The notes under the pieces are model-generated. The model had not been told where the DNA came from and did not search any database. It saw nothing but the letters and a program-made list of their open reading frames with translations. The position numbers and the translations under genes are program-made. A stretch of 64,000 bases of DNA from Bugula neritina (lineage: Eukaryota; Animalia; Bryozoa): the NCBI GenBank assembly GCA_964035545.1, contig OZ037767.1, positions 19,422,628 through 19,486,627 of the forward strand, read 5' to 3'. Positions 26,401 through 39,884 of the stretch are shown one piece after another. Numbering within the stretch: position 1 is the first letter of the stretch; every line of letters begins with the position of its first letter.

Positions 26401-29062
26401 ATGAAGACTACAATACTCTGGTCCCTCTTACTCCCTTTACATCTTCTAATGTTGTCTTACGTTGGATCACAAGATTCGGTAAGTTGTAGCTCGTTCCTAT
26501 CTTCTATTTTCTACACACTAAGTAGTAAAATCTTGTGTTAACTGGCTTACTGTATTGAACATACATAATTTTTTATCGGTGTCCAGTAAAATTGGCATAG
26601 GTAAAAATGTCACAAATGGAAAAATAGGTAAAATTGGCACATTGGTACTATTGAGGTTTGAGGGTGGGGGTTTGGGTGAGAAAGTTTGTTTGGGGGTTTG
26701 AGTGTGGATGTTTAGGGTGGGGAGTTTGGCTTTAGGGGTTGGAATGGGGAGTTCAGGAATTGGGGGTTTGGGGTTAAATAGATATGGGCAAATATAAAAT
26801 CAGTGTGTCGTTATTACCTGTGTCATTTTTACCTAAAATCATTATTATCAAGTTTTTTGAAGCAAACCCTGCTATCTAGTTGCTTTAGAATTGCATTGCA
26901 TAACTTAAAACAAAGTATAACTAAGTATTAGTGCTGGTTAGTAGGTGGGTAATGGATATATATTTTACAATGAACTATGTAAGCTTAGCTATAATATAAG
27001 CATCTGTATGTTCTCTGTTATATGATGTAGGATCCAGTTGTAGCCACTCTAAACTTGGATATGGGTAAACTTATACCTCAGCTGCTATCCCAGGTAAGCT
27101 CCACAAGTATGCTGTAGTGACAGCATCTTTTGAAAATATGTCAATGATATAATTGAGTTTATAAGTCAAATACGTATCAATAGTACTATACTTATGTAAT
27201 GTCTTTTAAAGAGATGTAAGTGGCGTAGAGAGACAATGTTTTGCTCTTAATGGTGAAAGCTTATTTATAAGTATGATCTGTTTAAAAACCTGTAGTTATA
27301 GTAGGATTATGAGAGAAAGGTTTTATTGTGTAAAGAGTAAGTTAGAGCTATCTTTTGAGTAGTACAGGGAGAATGAAATCATTAAATACAAAAAACATTA
27401 GCTATTTATTTAACTGAATGCTTTACCTAGCTTTTTCTCTGACAATGCTATGATAAGACAACTCTGTGAATTAAATTTAAAATATGTCTATACATCATAC
27501 CGATGTATAGCTCATTGCAAATCTATAGTTGAACCTATAAATTTTGTAAGTTGAAGGGTTCATTATTGTTTGGTTAGCTATAAACTAACTTTGTTATGAG
27601 ATAAAATTAGACACCATGTTATAGCGGATACGCATTGTTCTGAAACTAGCATTATTATGGCAGCTATATTCTAGAAAAGGACGTTACTGCAAAATACACT
27701 ATTTATTAAGAAAAATTAGTTGCTTTTTAATGCAGAATAGAGGTATCCTAATGAATTAATTATTATTAACTATATTATTCCTATGATTAGCTTTCTACAA
27801 TCACAAATAGTAAGTCATATTATAACTGTCAATTAAAGGGTTCGGTTTGAAAAATGATTGCCCTAGCATACTAATTTCGCAGCAATCTCAATACTTATAG
27901 GAGCTTGATACATTATAAAACTTCTATCTGCATGTATAGTAGTTAAGACTACTAATTCTTTGGTTAGAAAAGAAACTGATATACTTTTTGCCAGATGAAA
28001 TGCTTTATTAAAACCACAGATAAAAAGATAGTTGCTTAGAATGGAACATCTAGAGCATATAGAAACTCTAAAATATTGACACCTACAGTCACCCAATTTT
28101 GGCTTTAATAACTGAATTAAAAACATTACAGTTGCATGGAAGGCAAAGCAAAACAACCAATTTGTCTAGCATGTGTTAAAGATGTTACTAAGGATATTTA
28201 AAGTGTTTGTATATACTATTTTAAGCTGGTGTTAGAATCTAACTTATTTTCTAATATGTATTCTTCAAGCCAAACTCTTGAACCTAATAGCTTGGTTTAT
28301 TTCTAAAAAGGTTTTAAAGAACTCCGGGACATTAGAAGTGAAAATTAAAGCCAGTGACTTCCAGGTGAAAGATGAGAATGTCGAAGCTCCAAAACCATCA
28401 CCTCCACCTCCACCACAGCCTAAACCAACCATACCTTCAACTTCTGTACCAAAACCTTTCCCTTCTGTACTAAAACCTTCACCTTCTATACCAAAGCCTC
28501 CACCCTCTGTACTAAAACTTCCACCTTCAGTACCAAAACCGCCACCTCCTGGATTGAAAACTGGAAACCCAAGCAGTACTGGAAGTAAAATATGTAAATA
28601 TTTTGGCTTATGATCTTTCAATTCATTGGTATTAGTAAATTTATTTGTCAGCCATTCCGTTGCTTGAATTTTATACTCATAAACGTTTACTGTTTACTCT
28701 GCATAAAATCAACTATAGAAGGCTAGCGCTGCTGTATAAAATGACAATAACAATACGGTAGTTAGTGAGTTAAATTACATTGCCAGCTAATTAAATATGT
28801 ATCTCTAATTTGAATTTGAAAGCAGTTATAAAGAAAACAGCTAGCTTTACTTCAACTACTAGTAATTAAAACACTCCAATATTAACTCTATTGTTGTAAT
28901 TGTGTTGAAACTAAGAGGCTTTGTTGCTTTAACATGATGCTTCTTGTGTCAACAGCTAACTCATTTGTGGGAAATGCACCAATTGGAAAAAGGAATGAAG
29001 ATGATAAGCAGAAGTTGAAAGAGCTGTTGAGCCGATTGAGCGATGACTTGAATTATTTATGA
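26401..29062 (+). CDS. Secreted precursor gene 5, ~176 aa, Pro-rich heptad linker, predicted ...NSFVGNAPI-amide (G-KR)
   Basis: Exons 26401-26478 (MKTTILWSLLLPLHLLMLSYVGSQDS), 27031-27093 (DPVVATLNLDMGKLIPQLLSQ), 28311-28593 (donor could be 28584), 28956-29062 (NSFVGNAPIGKRNEDDKQKLKELLSRLSDDLNYL*). Confidence 0.88.
26598..26835. repeat. Intronic element: inverted subrepeats around a G-rich (GGGGTTTG-like) core
   Basis: TAGGTAAAAATGTCACA versus TGTGTCATTTTTACCTA (reverse complement); many G-runs at 26655-26775. Confidence 0.55.
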
Positions 29063-30578
29063 TTTGTATATTAGATTTACTTGGTTACCACATGTGTGCG
29101 CATGTGTGTGCATGTGTAGCCCAAGCATATATTTAGCATGCGTGTACAATGTTGTGTAATAAGACACTACATGCTGTTTTGTTCTCAGAACTAATATTAC
29201 TATAGTTTTTGAAATATTATCTTTCTAAGCTCAGAAAGATTGCTAAAAATAAGTGTGGAGTATCATATTACCACATCAACAGTATAATCAAGATAATGTA
29301 CTGCTTAACGTGTATGTTTACCTATGGTGATGTGAATGTACATAATCTAGCTATAATGTGACTACATAAATGGGAATCATATTTTATTTCAGTAACTTTA
29401 GATTTGCCTGCTTATGTTGCTACCGTACTAAGACTCAAAAGGATTGGTTTTTTATTTAGGTTTGACTGTAAATGACTAGCAACATGTTATGAAAAGTATA
29501 TATTTAAATATAATGAAGTTTTAGCCAGCTAACCTTCTAAAATGTGATGCTATAATTGAGTAAAATAATTATAATTGTCTTTTATTGTATGTCTAGCAAT
29601 AAAATAATGTATTCAATACTAGCACCACAAAGTACAGTAATTGGCCTATCCATCAATGCTAAATTAAAAATGACTATTGATATAAATCTAATAACAATTG
29701 CACTATAATTAAACTGATGCATAAAACAACAATTTCAATCTCAAATTAGATCTATTTTATACCATATTTCAAAACCAAGTTTTACATTTAAACAATATAG
29801 CAATAAATGAACTACTTAATTTTAGTCATTGGTAAGATATATATATATATACCTGCCAGCAGAATTACAGGCACTTGAGATAAATATCAGCAAAACTATC
29901 TTTTCTGTGCTAAAAAAGTATAAAACTTATGCACAGTAAAGTCGTTAGAAAAAGCTTTAACTTGTTTTATTTTTTAAAAAAGTCTCAAACAAAACATAGC
30001 TTTAAAAAGGATGATATTTTCAAAAACCGTCCTGTGCTTTAATAGTTTTTGTTGCTATAAAATATTATTAATATCTTTGCCTAAGATTAATAGTAAAAAG
30101 GTTATTTGGAAATGCTGCCATGGCTGCCAGATAACAGCTAAGTTTTCAGCACATGTATTATTCTCACACTTGCAGATCAGTGTCACCTAAATATGTCATG
30201 ATCGAGTCGAGTTTTGTGTTGGGTGTAAACGTTCAATGTGCATTATTTACAATATTATAGGAGCCAAACATGAAAAAAGAAATTTAAAGAATAAATCGCA
30301 TCTTTTGCACAGAAGATTATTATCCAATTACCAAACAAAAATAGTATTAGTAGGAGTTGTTTGTACATGAATAAATGAAAAAACAAAGGAACATAATTCC
30401 AATGTAATGGCTTTAGTGGCATATAATCTTATAAGTTGAACTGCTTGTCATATTATTATACTCATTTACAGATGCAAATATATGTTTTATTAAACAATAT
30501 ACAGTACACAAGCATAATATTATAGTAATTGTTACCAACATTTCAGTTATAAGTTATATATATATATATATATATAAT

Positions 30579-30649
<71 letters not shown>

Positions 30650-31195
30650 ATGGTTGTATTTATATACATACTTTGTAGCATGAAAAACTCCTGCAACTCA
30701 TCAGGGTAATATAAAGTTGACATCAGACTATTGTTTAGCTAGGCTGTGCTGTAATACAGTGGAAGCTCACGGAGGTCATGTGACTTGACTTTGTGTTAGC
30801 CAATGATAGCTTATAATGCTTATCTCTTGAGTGCCCTAATTATTCTTACAGGTTGTTTATTTGCAAACATTGCAAATATTTAATCTGGCATTTACGTGCT
30901 TTCATAGAAGTATTGCATAGGATCATATATCTGTATCTGATCATTTTGTTGAAATTCAGTCTGAAGTCATATCTTTAAAACTAAGGAGATAGAAAGCAAT
31001 AGACAAAGATGGGAATGATTAGTAGAACATTTCTTGTTTGCAATCACATAAAGTTGTATCATTCTTTGAAAAAGTGCTAGCATGGATTTAAAGAATATTA
31101 AGGGTGCTTTCGGATTCCCTACGCGTAGCCTACTGGGCTCATCGTTGAATTTGCTCACTTTTTCTCCGTCCAGTACGCCCTAAACTGCAGAATTA

Positions 31196-31539
31196 GCCTA
31201 GGGCCACACGGTGCGTGTTTTCGCATGCGAAAATTGAAATCACAAGTAGCAAAGGTGTCCACTGTGCTCGTTGAGAAAACGTTTGCACTTGTCGCTCTGC
31301 ACTTTCAACGCAAGTGCGAATCGTCTCTGTCGTCGTCACCTAATTGGCTGGTAGTTATTCAGCAAGCCCAATTTCTTTATTTTAGTGCTACTTTCCAGTA
31401 AATTGCGTTTTATTGAAAGCGAGTGCGATTTAAAAATGAAAGCTTTATTTATCAAGCATCACTGACGCTACAGTGGACACCTTTGCTACTTGTGATTTCA
31501 ATTTTCGCATGCGAAAATATGCACCGTGTGGCCCTAGGC
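31196..31539. mobile_element. PIF/Harbinger-type MITE, 344 bp, perfect TTA target-site duplication
   Basis: TTA|GCCTAGGGCCACAC...GTGTGGCCCTAGGC|TTA; same family as 19222-19565. Confidence 0.92.
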
Positions 31540-32705
31540 TTAGTGGTGCCCCCCTCTGGTGTTTTTTTTTTATCGTATTCTTTATATTTGCTATAAAACA
31601 GGCAGACATACTAGTAGACTAAGCTGGTGGGAGACAGTACGTTTGAATTAGCCATTCTATGGAAATGAAGAACAATTAATCCCCTTCTATTGTTATGTAA
31701 ATCAAAGAGATAGCTGTCAATATGGTATGAAGTGTGTAACACTTTATAACATTTTGACACCAGCCTCAGCATGGTATAGTATAATACGCTGAATTGTTAT
31801 CAATTAGTACAAATAGACAAGTGCAAAGTGTTTTGATTTATATTAGTTGTAAATAGCTTAACACCTACCAGTAAAAGGTTTCCATTTTTCTATTCATCGT
31901 TGCACTAATAACTTCAAACAATGGCTTATAACTCATTGTTGAACATGTACTCTAGTATACTCCAGATAAAGCTCCATTATTTTTAGCTTACCCACATCTA
32001 ATAAATCATCACAGCATCACCACTTGCGTCTTTCCATTGCAGCTATGAACTTTGAAAAAATTATAACAAAATAGTTGTTTTTATAACCCAAGATTCTAAC
32101 CTCAGTGCCAACAATTCAAATATTTTTATAACTGCTATTCACTGAAAATAAAATGCTTTTTCCTGCAAATAATTAGCTGATATATCTATCTCAAATACAG
32201 TAATCTATAGATTGTGAAATATTTTATCCCTTTAAAAAACAGGATAGGTTTGGCAAATATAGTTTGGTGCCCCATATAAATTAATGGAAGGGCTTGAAAT
32301 GCTTGTACTGGACTTGCTGACAAACTTGCTGACGTAATGATAATACTACAAACTTGTGCTAACAAACTGCCTGACATTGCTTAAATTCTATACAAGTAAA
32401 GTAACAATAGTCTTTCTTAATTTATGTTTCTAGTTTGTCTATTTAAAAAAGTTTTAAAATATTAAAAGTTGAAATAATCTTTTTCAAAAGCTTAGATTTT
32501 TTTTCGGTCGACTGAGAGTTTTGTTGCTTATACAATTGCAGCACATTTTAATTTCTTTGACTCTCTGTTTAATATGTAAGCAATATGAATGCCTTCAAAG
32601 TTATTTTATGTATTATAGTTTAAATATGTCAGTTAAGCGACTTTCTATTACTGCAATTTATAACAAATTCACTTCAAATAAAAGTTGTTTTACAGGCCTT
32701 CATTC

Positions 32706-34340
32706 TTGAGTACTACGAAAGGGCATCTGCCCTTAAAATATAACAATCCTAACTCTACCCCAAAAAAAAACAAACTAAGAATTAGAAACCTAAGATAAGC
32801 ATGAATTTGAGCTATGCACAGGAAATGCTGTTATGTTGCTCAAAGTTATATATATTACACACATCCCTTCTCTGTTTAGGGTGCGTAGCATGAGATGTAA
32901 ACATGGAGGTTGCTAGAAATAATATTAGTGTTAATAGCCCCAGTATTATTTATGGTTGGTTTTAGTACTGCATCTGTGGCAGGAAAGGAAACAATTAAAA
33001 ATATTTGGAGATGCTGAGGTGAGCTTCTATTTTTATCCTTCAAAAAATTTAGACACTGTATGGGTGTGAAATGATATTACAATAAAGACTTGAAACTGTT
33101 TTTATACATTAACCAATTCATTGCATTTACGGCTTGCACTAAAACGCACAGTGTATGCTAAGCCAACTATACTTGTAATTGTTTCAATCAAAGGTCATTC
33201 ACATTTTAATGAAACAAAGCTGCATAATACTTGTATATTCTAATCAGTAATTCCATAACTTTTTGAATTACATAGATTTGAGTAGATTCCAACCCTGGAG
33301 GGGGTAGCAAGATATCAAACTGCAAGAGTTTACTTTATCAACGCTTGGCAGCTGCAGGGGAAGATAAGAAGGCATTTTTAAACAAATGAAAAAATCAGTG
33401 TATAAGAAGATCCATTAGCATGTAGCACTAAAGTTTTTTTGTTACTTATATATACAAAACCAAATCACATGGAGCAGCCTAGTAAGCACGGACTCATGAG
33501 TTAGAACCTCACAAAGGCCATCGGTAATGTTAAAAAGAGCATCCAGTCATAATTGCTCCTGTGCCACTTCCTAAACCTGCTTTAACAAAAGCCCCTTTTA
33601 TCAGGAATGGTGACTATAAACTTGCGTGAGTTCTTAAATATGTAACCAAATCACTTACATACTGCATGGAAATTGCACATGATACGGGAGGATCATGAAT
33701 CAGAAAGTAAGCTATTTTCTAAAATTGTAACACTTCATTACAAAAAATAATTTTTGGCTTCTATAGATTTTTAGAAACTTGAGTTTTATAATTTTGGGTA
33801 AAAGTAACATAATATAATAAAAATGGCAATAATTATTGTCCATGAACCTACATTGTACTGCATACATCTACATTGTCCTATACATTATACTTACGTTGCT
33901 TTATACTTAACACTTTCATTGCTTTACATATGTCTGTGTTAAATTATCCATAATTCCACCTACACTATATCTCTATTGAGCTTGTGTCAAAACTTACAGC
34001 TAGAAAGAGTTGCCAAAGTAGGGTAAAAGTTGTGAGTCATTTAAAGTTTAATTCAAACTGAATAAAGGTGAGACTGGGGGCAAAACTAACATGTTGTTTG
34101 ATATATACCTACAGATGCACTTGTTGTTTGCTATAAATATTTGATTTCAGACATAGAATCTGGGCTTCTGCCAGGTTTTGCAACTTCTAACCATTGTTCA
34201 GTCACTAGGAAGGCTTCAAATATGGCAGCTTTTCTTTCCCTGTTATATTTTAGTTAAACAATGGCAATGTGCTGCTATATAGATTACATCATTGTTAAAA
34301 CTAAGGAGTGTATACATGCTTTGCCAATATTTCTATTATT
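32706..34340 (+). pseudogene. Older local duplication copy 1; possible decayed secreted/GPI-type gene
   Basis: Colinear blocks with 36188-38075; frameshifted signal-peptide-like stretch (LLEIILVLIAPVLFMVGFSTA) near 32905-32970; exon-like 34151-34257 ends in hydrophobic AAFLSLLYFS*. Confidence 0.35.
33475..33635 (+). mobile_element. SINE-like repeat
   Basis: AGCACGGACTCATGAGTTAGAACC...GAGCATCCAGTCATAATTGCTCCTG family core; absent from the 37.3-kb paralogous region. Confidence 0.7.
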
Positions 34341-36187
34341 TCAGGTGATTTACCAGCTGTTATAGCATTTTTCCAACTTATCTGAAAGATTTCATCATTT
34401 GTGGCAGTCTGTTTAATGACTTTGCCAATTATGTAATGTTCTGTCAACTATAACTAGCAACTTGAATCATGTTATGTAATAAGCTGTAAGTTTTTAAATC
34501 TAGCACGTGAAACCTTGTCATGCTGTGCTGTTTTGGATTCCTGCCATCAGAATTTAAAATTGAACTGTATAGTTTCTAATTCATGTAGATTAATTAATTA
34601 AAATATTTTACATCAATTTCAAACTACAAAACTGGAAATTGCCAGCAATTTTACTCTCTTGTGCTTTTTTTAAACAAACTGCTAGAACTGATGCTCAAAT
34701 AATCAAAACAAAAGTGCACAGGGTTATATGCAATGTCATTTATTTCCTCTTTATTGTTTAAATCACTGAATCATTGAACAAGTGTCTGCACAGCTTTAAA
34801 AGTAGGCGGTGCTTAATACAGGCTACATAAAATAATGCTTTTGAAGTGAGAAGTCCTCACTCACTGCATACTTTGCACAAACAGCACTTAACCTACAATA
34901 AAGCCCTGTCAACAATTTATAACAGTCATAGACTAACGTTAAAAGGTAAGAATCATTTTAATGTAATATATACTTATACTTCAACTTTAGAGTATTTCAA
35001 AAGTATTGATTTTCCTAAAATAGAATTAGTGAAAAATTAGTTGAGCTGTACAAAAACTTGTCATTAATTGTTTGATTAAAGTAATTGGGAATACTCATTT
35101 TGTTTCATGAAACAACCTGAAATAAACTGGGCTTTTTAGGTTTCCAAATATTTCCTATGCAGATTTGCTTTTTTCATTTGCTGATTCTGTTGGAAAAACC
35201 AGCAGTCCACCGAATTCAGTTTATATCTCTTTCCTTGCTCTACCTTGTCTGTAGATGGTGTTGTTATGCTGACATATTAGTTTGAGTGAATCTATGCTGA
35301 TAATGCAAAATTTTCCTTATTGTAAATCTGCATGGGTAATGCAATTTCTTTTTACTTTTTGTGAGCTCATCTGTTATTAAAAGATAATATTATTTCCCAG
35401 TTGTTTTGGAGACCATGTAGTGCGTGGTAACTGATGCAGAGCTTAGGAAAAATTAAATTTATTTTGCTATTTTGGTTTAAGTTTCATTCAACTTTTTGAT
35501 TATATATTGTGGGTGACAAAAACATCTAACTATACCTGAAATTGCTAATCAAGGTATAGTTTTCATACACTTTAGTTATAGTTTCAAACCTATTTATGTG
35601 TTGGTAAAATTGTTTCTACCAAATTGCCGGCTTCTGCTTTATCTATTTCATTTGAAATACATTTTTAAGCATGTCATACACGCAACCATTACCTAATGAT
35701 TGTATATAGACACATATTATTTCAAATTATAATCTTGATTTGGGGTATCTGTAGAACTGTAGTATATTTTCATATATAATGTGTCCTCCAATCAATCTTA
35801 ATTAAAGAAAAATAATTCGACTATAACTATGGACTAAAATATTTTAACAGTTGAAGTTTGTTTAGCTGCCCACGCTATTGAGTCATAGGATCCGGTAAAG
35901 TATTTAATTCGTCTTTCCTAATCTCCTCTTTAATGTGATGTTTTATCTTTGAGAGCATCTCTACCTCTGTTTAGATGATAAGCAGGTAAATATTTAGTCA
36001 TTGTTTAGTCCACACACTTCATATTATAATTACACCAAATGATCATATCCTATGTTGCATTGTTTTACATTGCACTCTGCCAGATTTTGTTTTAACTCTC
36101 AACATATTGCCGTTGAGGTGACTATACATGTATACTAATATATTGGAGTTACCTTTGAGTAGGAGTTGCTTCCACATGCCTACATGC

Positions 36188-38075
36188 CTGAGTACTATGA
36201 AAGGGCATCTACCCTTAAGATATAACAATCCCAGCTTCAAGGCCTGGCCACACACTTGTGAGAATCACACAAAATATGTGCGAGTATAATTGTCGTGAGT
36301 TATCCTCTCGTTATGACCAGGCATACGTTCGTCAGACGAAACATACAATAATTAATAGTCCGTGAGTGAGTATTGCACCAGATACAAACAGCAGAAAATT
36401 GTCAGACACAGAAGCATGGTAGAACTGAAATAATCACTGTTGCTAAAATTTTATTGACCAATCAAACGGTGCTTATCGTCAATTGCGCTCTTTCGTTCAT
36501 TGTCTTCGGCGGGTGCACCCAGCGAACACGATTTCCTATGAATTCTTTGAAATTTGATCGTAAGTTCGTGTTTTTGTGTAGAGTAGTCGATTTTGTGTGA
36601 TTTTCACGAATGTGTAGCCAGGCCTTTAACTAGAAACCAAAGTATTATATTAGAAACCAAAGCTAAGCGAGAACTTAGCCTATTGTATTATATACAAGAA
36701 AGTGCTGTTATATGTTGCTTGAAGTTATGTAGATTACACATCCCTGCACTGTTTATGTCGAGTATCATGAGATGCAAGCATGAAGTTGCTAAAACTAATA
36801 TTAGTGTTCGGAGCTCCAGTATTATTTATGGTTGATTCTAACATTGTGTCTGACAGGAAAGAAAATAGGATGTGAAAGCACTTCTAAATGTTGTGATAAG
36901 TAATTTTCTATTTCTATCCTTCAAATGATTTCTCTGAGTACAAAGAGTTACTAGTAATAGAAGAGTAAGACTTGAAACTGCTTTTTATACATCAACATTA
37001 CATTTACAGCACAGATTATATTGAATCAATCAACTTTACTTTTTTGCTCTTGACCTTACACATGTTCTTTAAGCTAAAGGTCATCATTAGAAAACAAACT
37101 GCTTAACACTTGCTCTCTATAACTAGTTATTGATATTACTATTAGTAATTCAATACCTTATTGAATTGCATAAGAGTTTAGTATAATTTAATCCAGGAGG
37201 GGGTAGCAAGATATCAAAATGCAAGAGTTTATTATATCAAACTGCAGCTGTTCAGTTTATCAATGCTTGGCAGCTGTTTTAAAAGATTAGAAGCCATTTT
37301 TAAACAAATGAAAAACTTACTGTAAAAATATTTCTTAAAAGTTACGAAGATTCAAATTACTTATGTTGCTGATATACATTACTAAATAACTCACCTATAT
37401 ACAGGAAATAGTTTATCAAGTCAATTTTAATATAAAGATTTATTAATATTTATTTTAAGTTGTGTTGAGAAGCAAAATTTAAATAAAACTGAGTTTTCCT
37501 ATAAACGTCAGTAGGTTTATTATAAAGAAAAAAGTTAGTTATAACCCAATAAAGCTGCTAAATGTTGGGTCTCTTTCTAATGCAAAATAAAGTTATAGAA
37601 ATTGTAATAACTATAACTGTGTATAAGCCAAAATTGTTTTTGATTTATATATATATTGACTTCCATATATGTACATTGCGCTGCATATATCTGTATTTAC
37701 CTACATAAATCTACATTGACCTACATGTATATATCCTCATTGACCTAGATTTATTCACATTGACCTGCATATATCCACATTGACCTACATATAAGTTCTA
37801 GATGTAATATTTGGATTACGAATTAGAATTATAGCCACCATCAAACAGAATACTTAGTAAAGAAGTTGTTCTCTCCAAATGACAAAATTTCTATATTTGA
37901 ACATAGAATTTTGATTTCTTGCCAGATTTTGCAACTTCTAACTATTGTTTATCACTAGGCAGGCTTTAAATATTGCAGCCATTATACTGCTGTTATAACT
38001 TTGTTCAACAATAGCAAAGTGCTGACGTTATAGATTACACCAATAGTACTGTTGCATATATGCTTTGCCAATATT
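36188..38075 (+). pseudogene. Older local duplication copy 2
   Basis: ATG at 36780 opens MKLLKLILVFGAPVLFMVDSNIVSDRKENRM*; downstream blocks resemble copy 1 but with indels. Confidence 0.35.
36240..36625. mobile_element. Second Harbinger-like MITE family (~386 bp)
   Basis: ~35-bp imperfect TIRs AGGCCTGGCCACACACTTGTGAGAATCACACAAAA / TTTTGTGTGATTTTCACGAATGTGTAGCCAGGCCT; flanks TCA/TTA; absent from the paralogous site at ~32755. Confidence 0.8.
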
Positions 38076-38905
38076 TCCATGATCATGATTGTAAGACTAA
38101 ATGGTGATTAATCACCATTTATGCCAAGCTTATGATGGTTTACTCATTTTTTCAGAGTTTCTGCTCTCTATACCCTCTATTATTACTCTTACTATAATTA
38201 CTAATATTTTTAGTATTACTCCTACCATAGCATATTATTATTACTACACTGAATATTGGTGCGCTACTATTATATTTGTCCTAAAAATATCAGAGCATCA
38301 ACTTGAGAAATTTAGTGCTTTGTGTTAGTTCAACACATTTCAATGCAGTTCTATAGACTGGTGTGATTTTGCTAGTTTGTCCTCGAGTTTAGTATATGAG
38401 TAGACAACTCGGAATTATTCTCTCAGAGATAGGGGTGAGTTAATTAGGCACTATTTTGTATCATATGGCAGTTCTTTTTTTTGCTGTATATATTTTATGA
38501 ATATATTACTTATAGGCTATACCACTGTGTCACTATTGTCATATTAATGAAATATATGTATTTACAATATGCTACATCATAGTGTGAGAGTACTATATAA
38601 TATATGAACTGCTTTATAAATGCTCTAAATATAGCATAATTGAAAATCTTCATTAGAACAGCTAATACATATAATATAAAATCTCAAACAAATATTTGCA
38701 TTCCATTCTAAATATTTTTTAAAACAAAATATTTTTTAAATTTTTATGATAGTTTAAGTTATTTATTATATATAGCAAAAAATTAGATTCTATATTTTTA
38801 TCAGCAGCAGTGTAATGCAACAAGAGGCTTAGTTATTAATATTTTTTAGCTTTCATTCTTAAGGAATTAGAGAGGATAGTTTAGAAGTTGTCTACATCCT
38901 CCATC

Positions 38906-39250
38906 ATGCCAGTAGCTGTTGCCGGCAACACTGGGATTTACAAAATATGCATGGAAAATGGTGAGTAGATTTATGTAATGATTTATTCGATTGGTTAGTA
39001 GGTATAATATATAAAGGTAAAGTTTTCTTGCATTCAGGAAAACTTTACCTCAGCAAAATAACCTAATGTGTAAGCTACAGCAACATCTAATGTATCTGTC
39101 TATTCTTTTGCTGAAATCTAAAATTATTTTTTCTCTATTGCAATACCTATCATTTGTGATCTAATCGCTCTATAAAGGGCATGCTTTGTATCTTAATTTA
39201 TTTAATTTAGTTTTAGTCTAGCACCTGACAAGTGCAGTTCACTGTGCAAA

Positions 39251-39292
<42 letters not shown>

Positions 39293-39407
39293 GTGAGATA
39301 TTGTTCAAATAAAATAGATAAATTTTATACATATGACCTTCGCAATTTGAAGCACTATATTATATATAGTAGCTGTTTCGGGATTTGTCCCCTCATCATA
39401 TATATAC

Positions 39408-39493
<86 letters not shown>

Positions 39494-39498
39494 TTATA

Positions 39499-39560
<62 letters not shown>

Positions 39561-39598
39561 TATATATATATATATACATATATACATATATATATACA

Positions 39599-39668
<70 letters not shown>

Positions 39669-39710
39669 CACATATATATATAAATATATACATATACATA
39701 TACATATACA

Positions 39711-39806
<96 letters not shown>

Positions 39807-39846
39807 GTATATGGACAAATCCCGAAACAGCTGCTGTCCACAGATT

Positions 39847-39884
<38 letters not shown>

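Noticed and set aside
28265-28621. Minus-strand Gly-rich ORF (also 8080-8289)
   Set aside because: Antisense shadow of the Pro-rich plus-strand exons.
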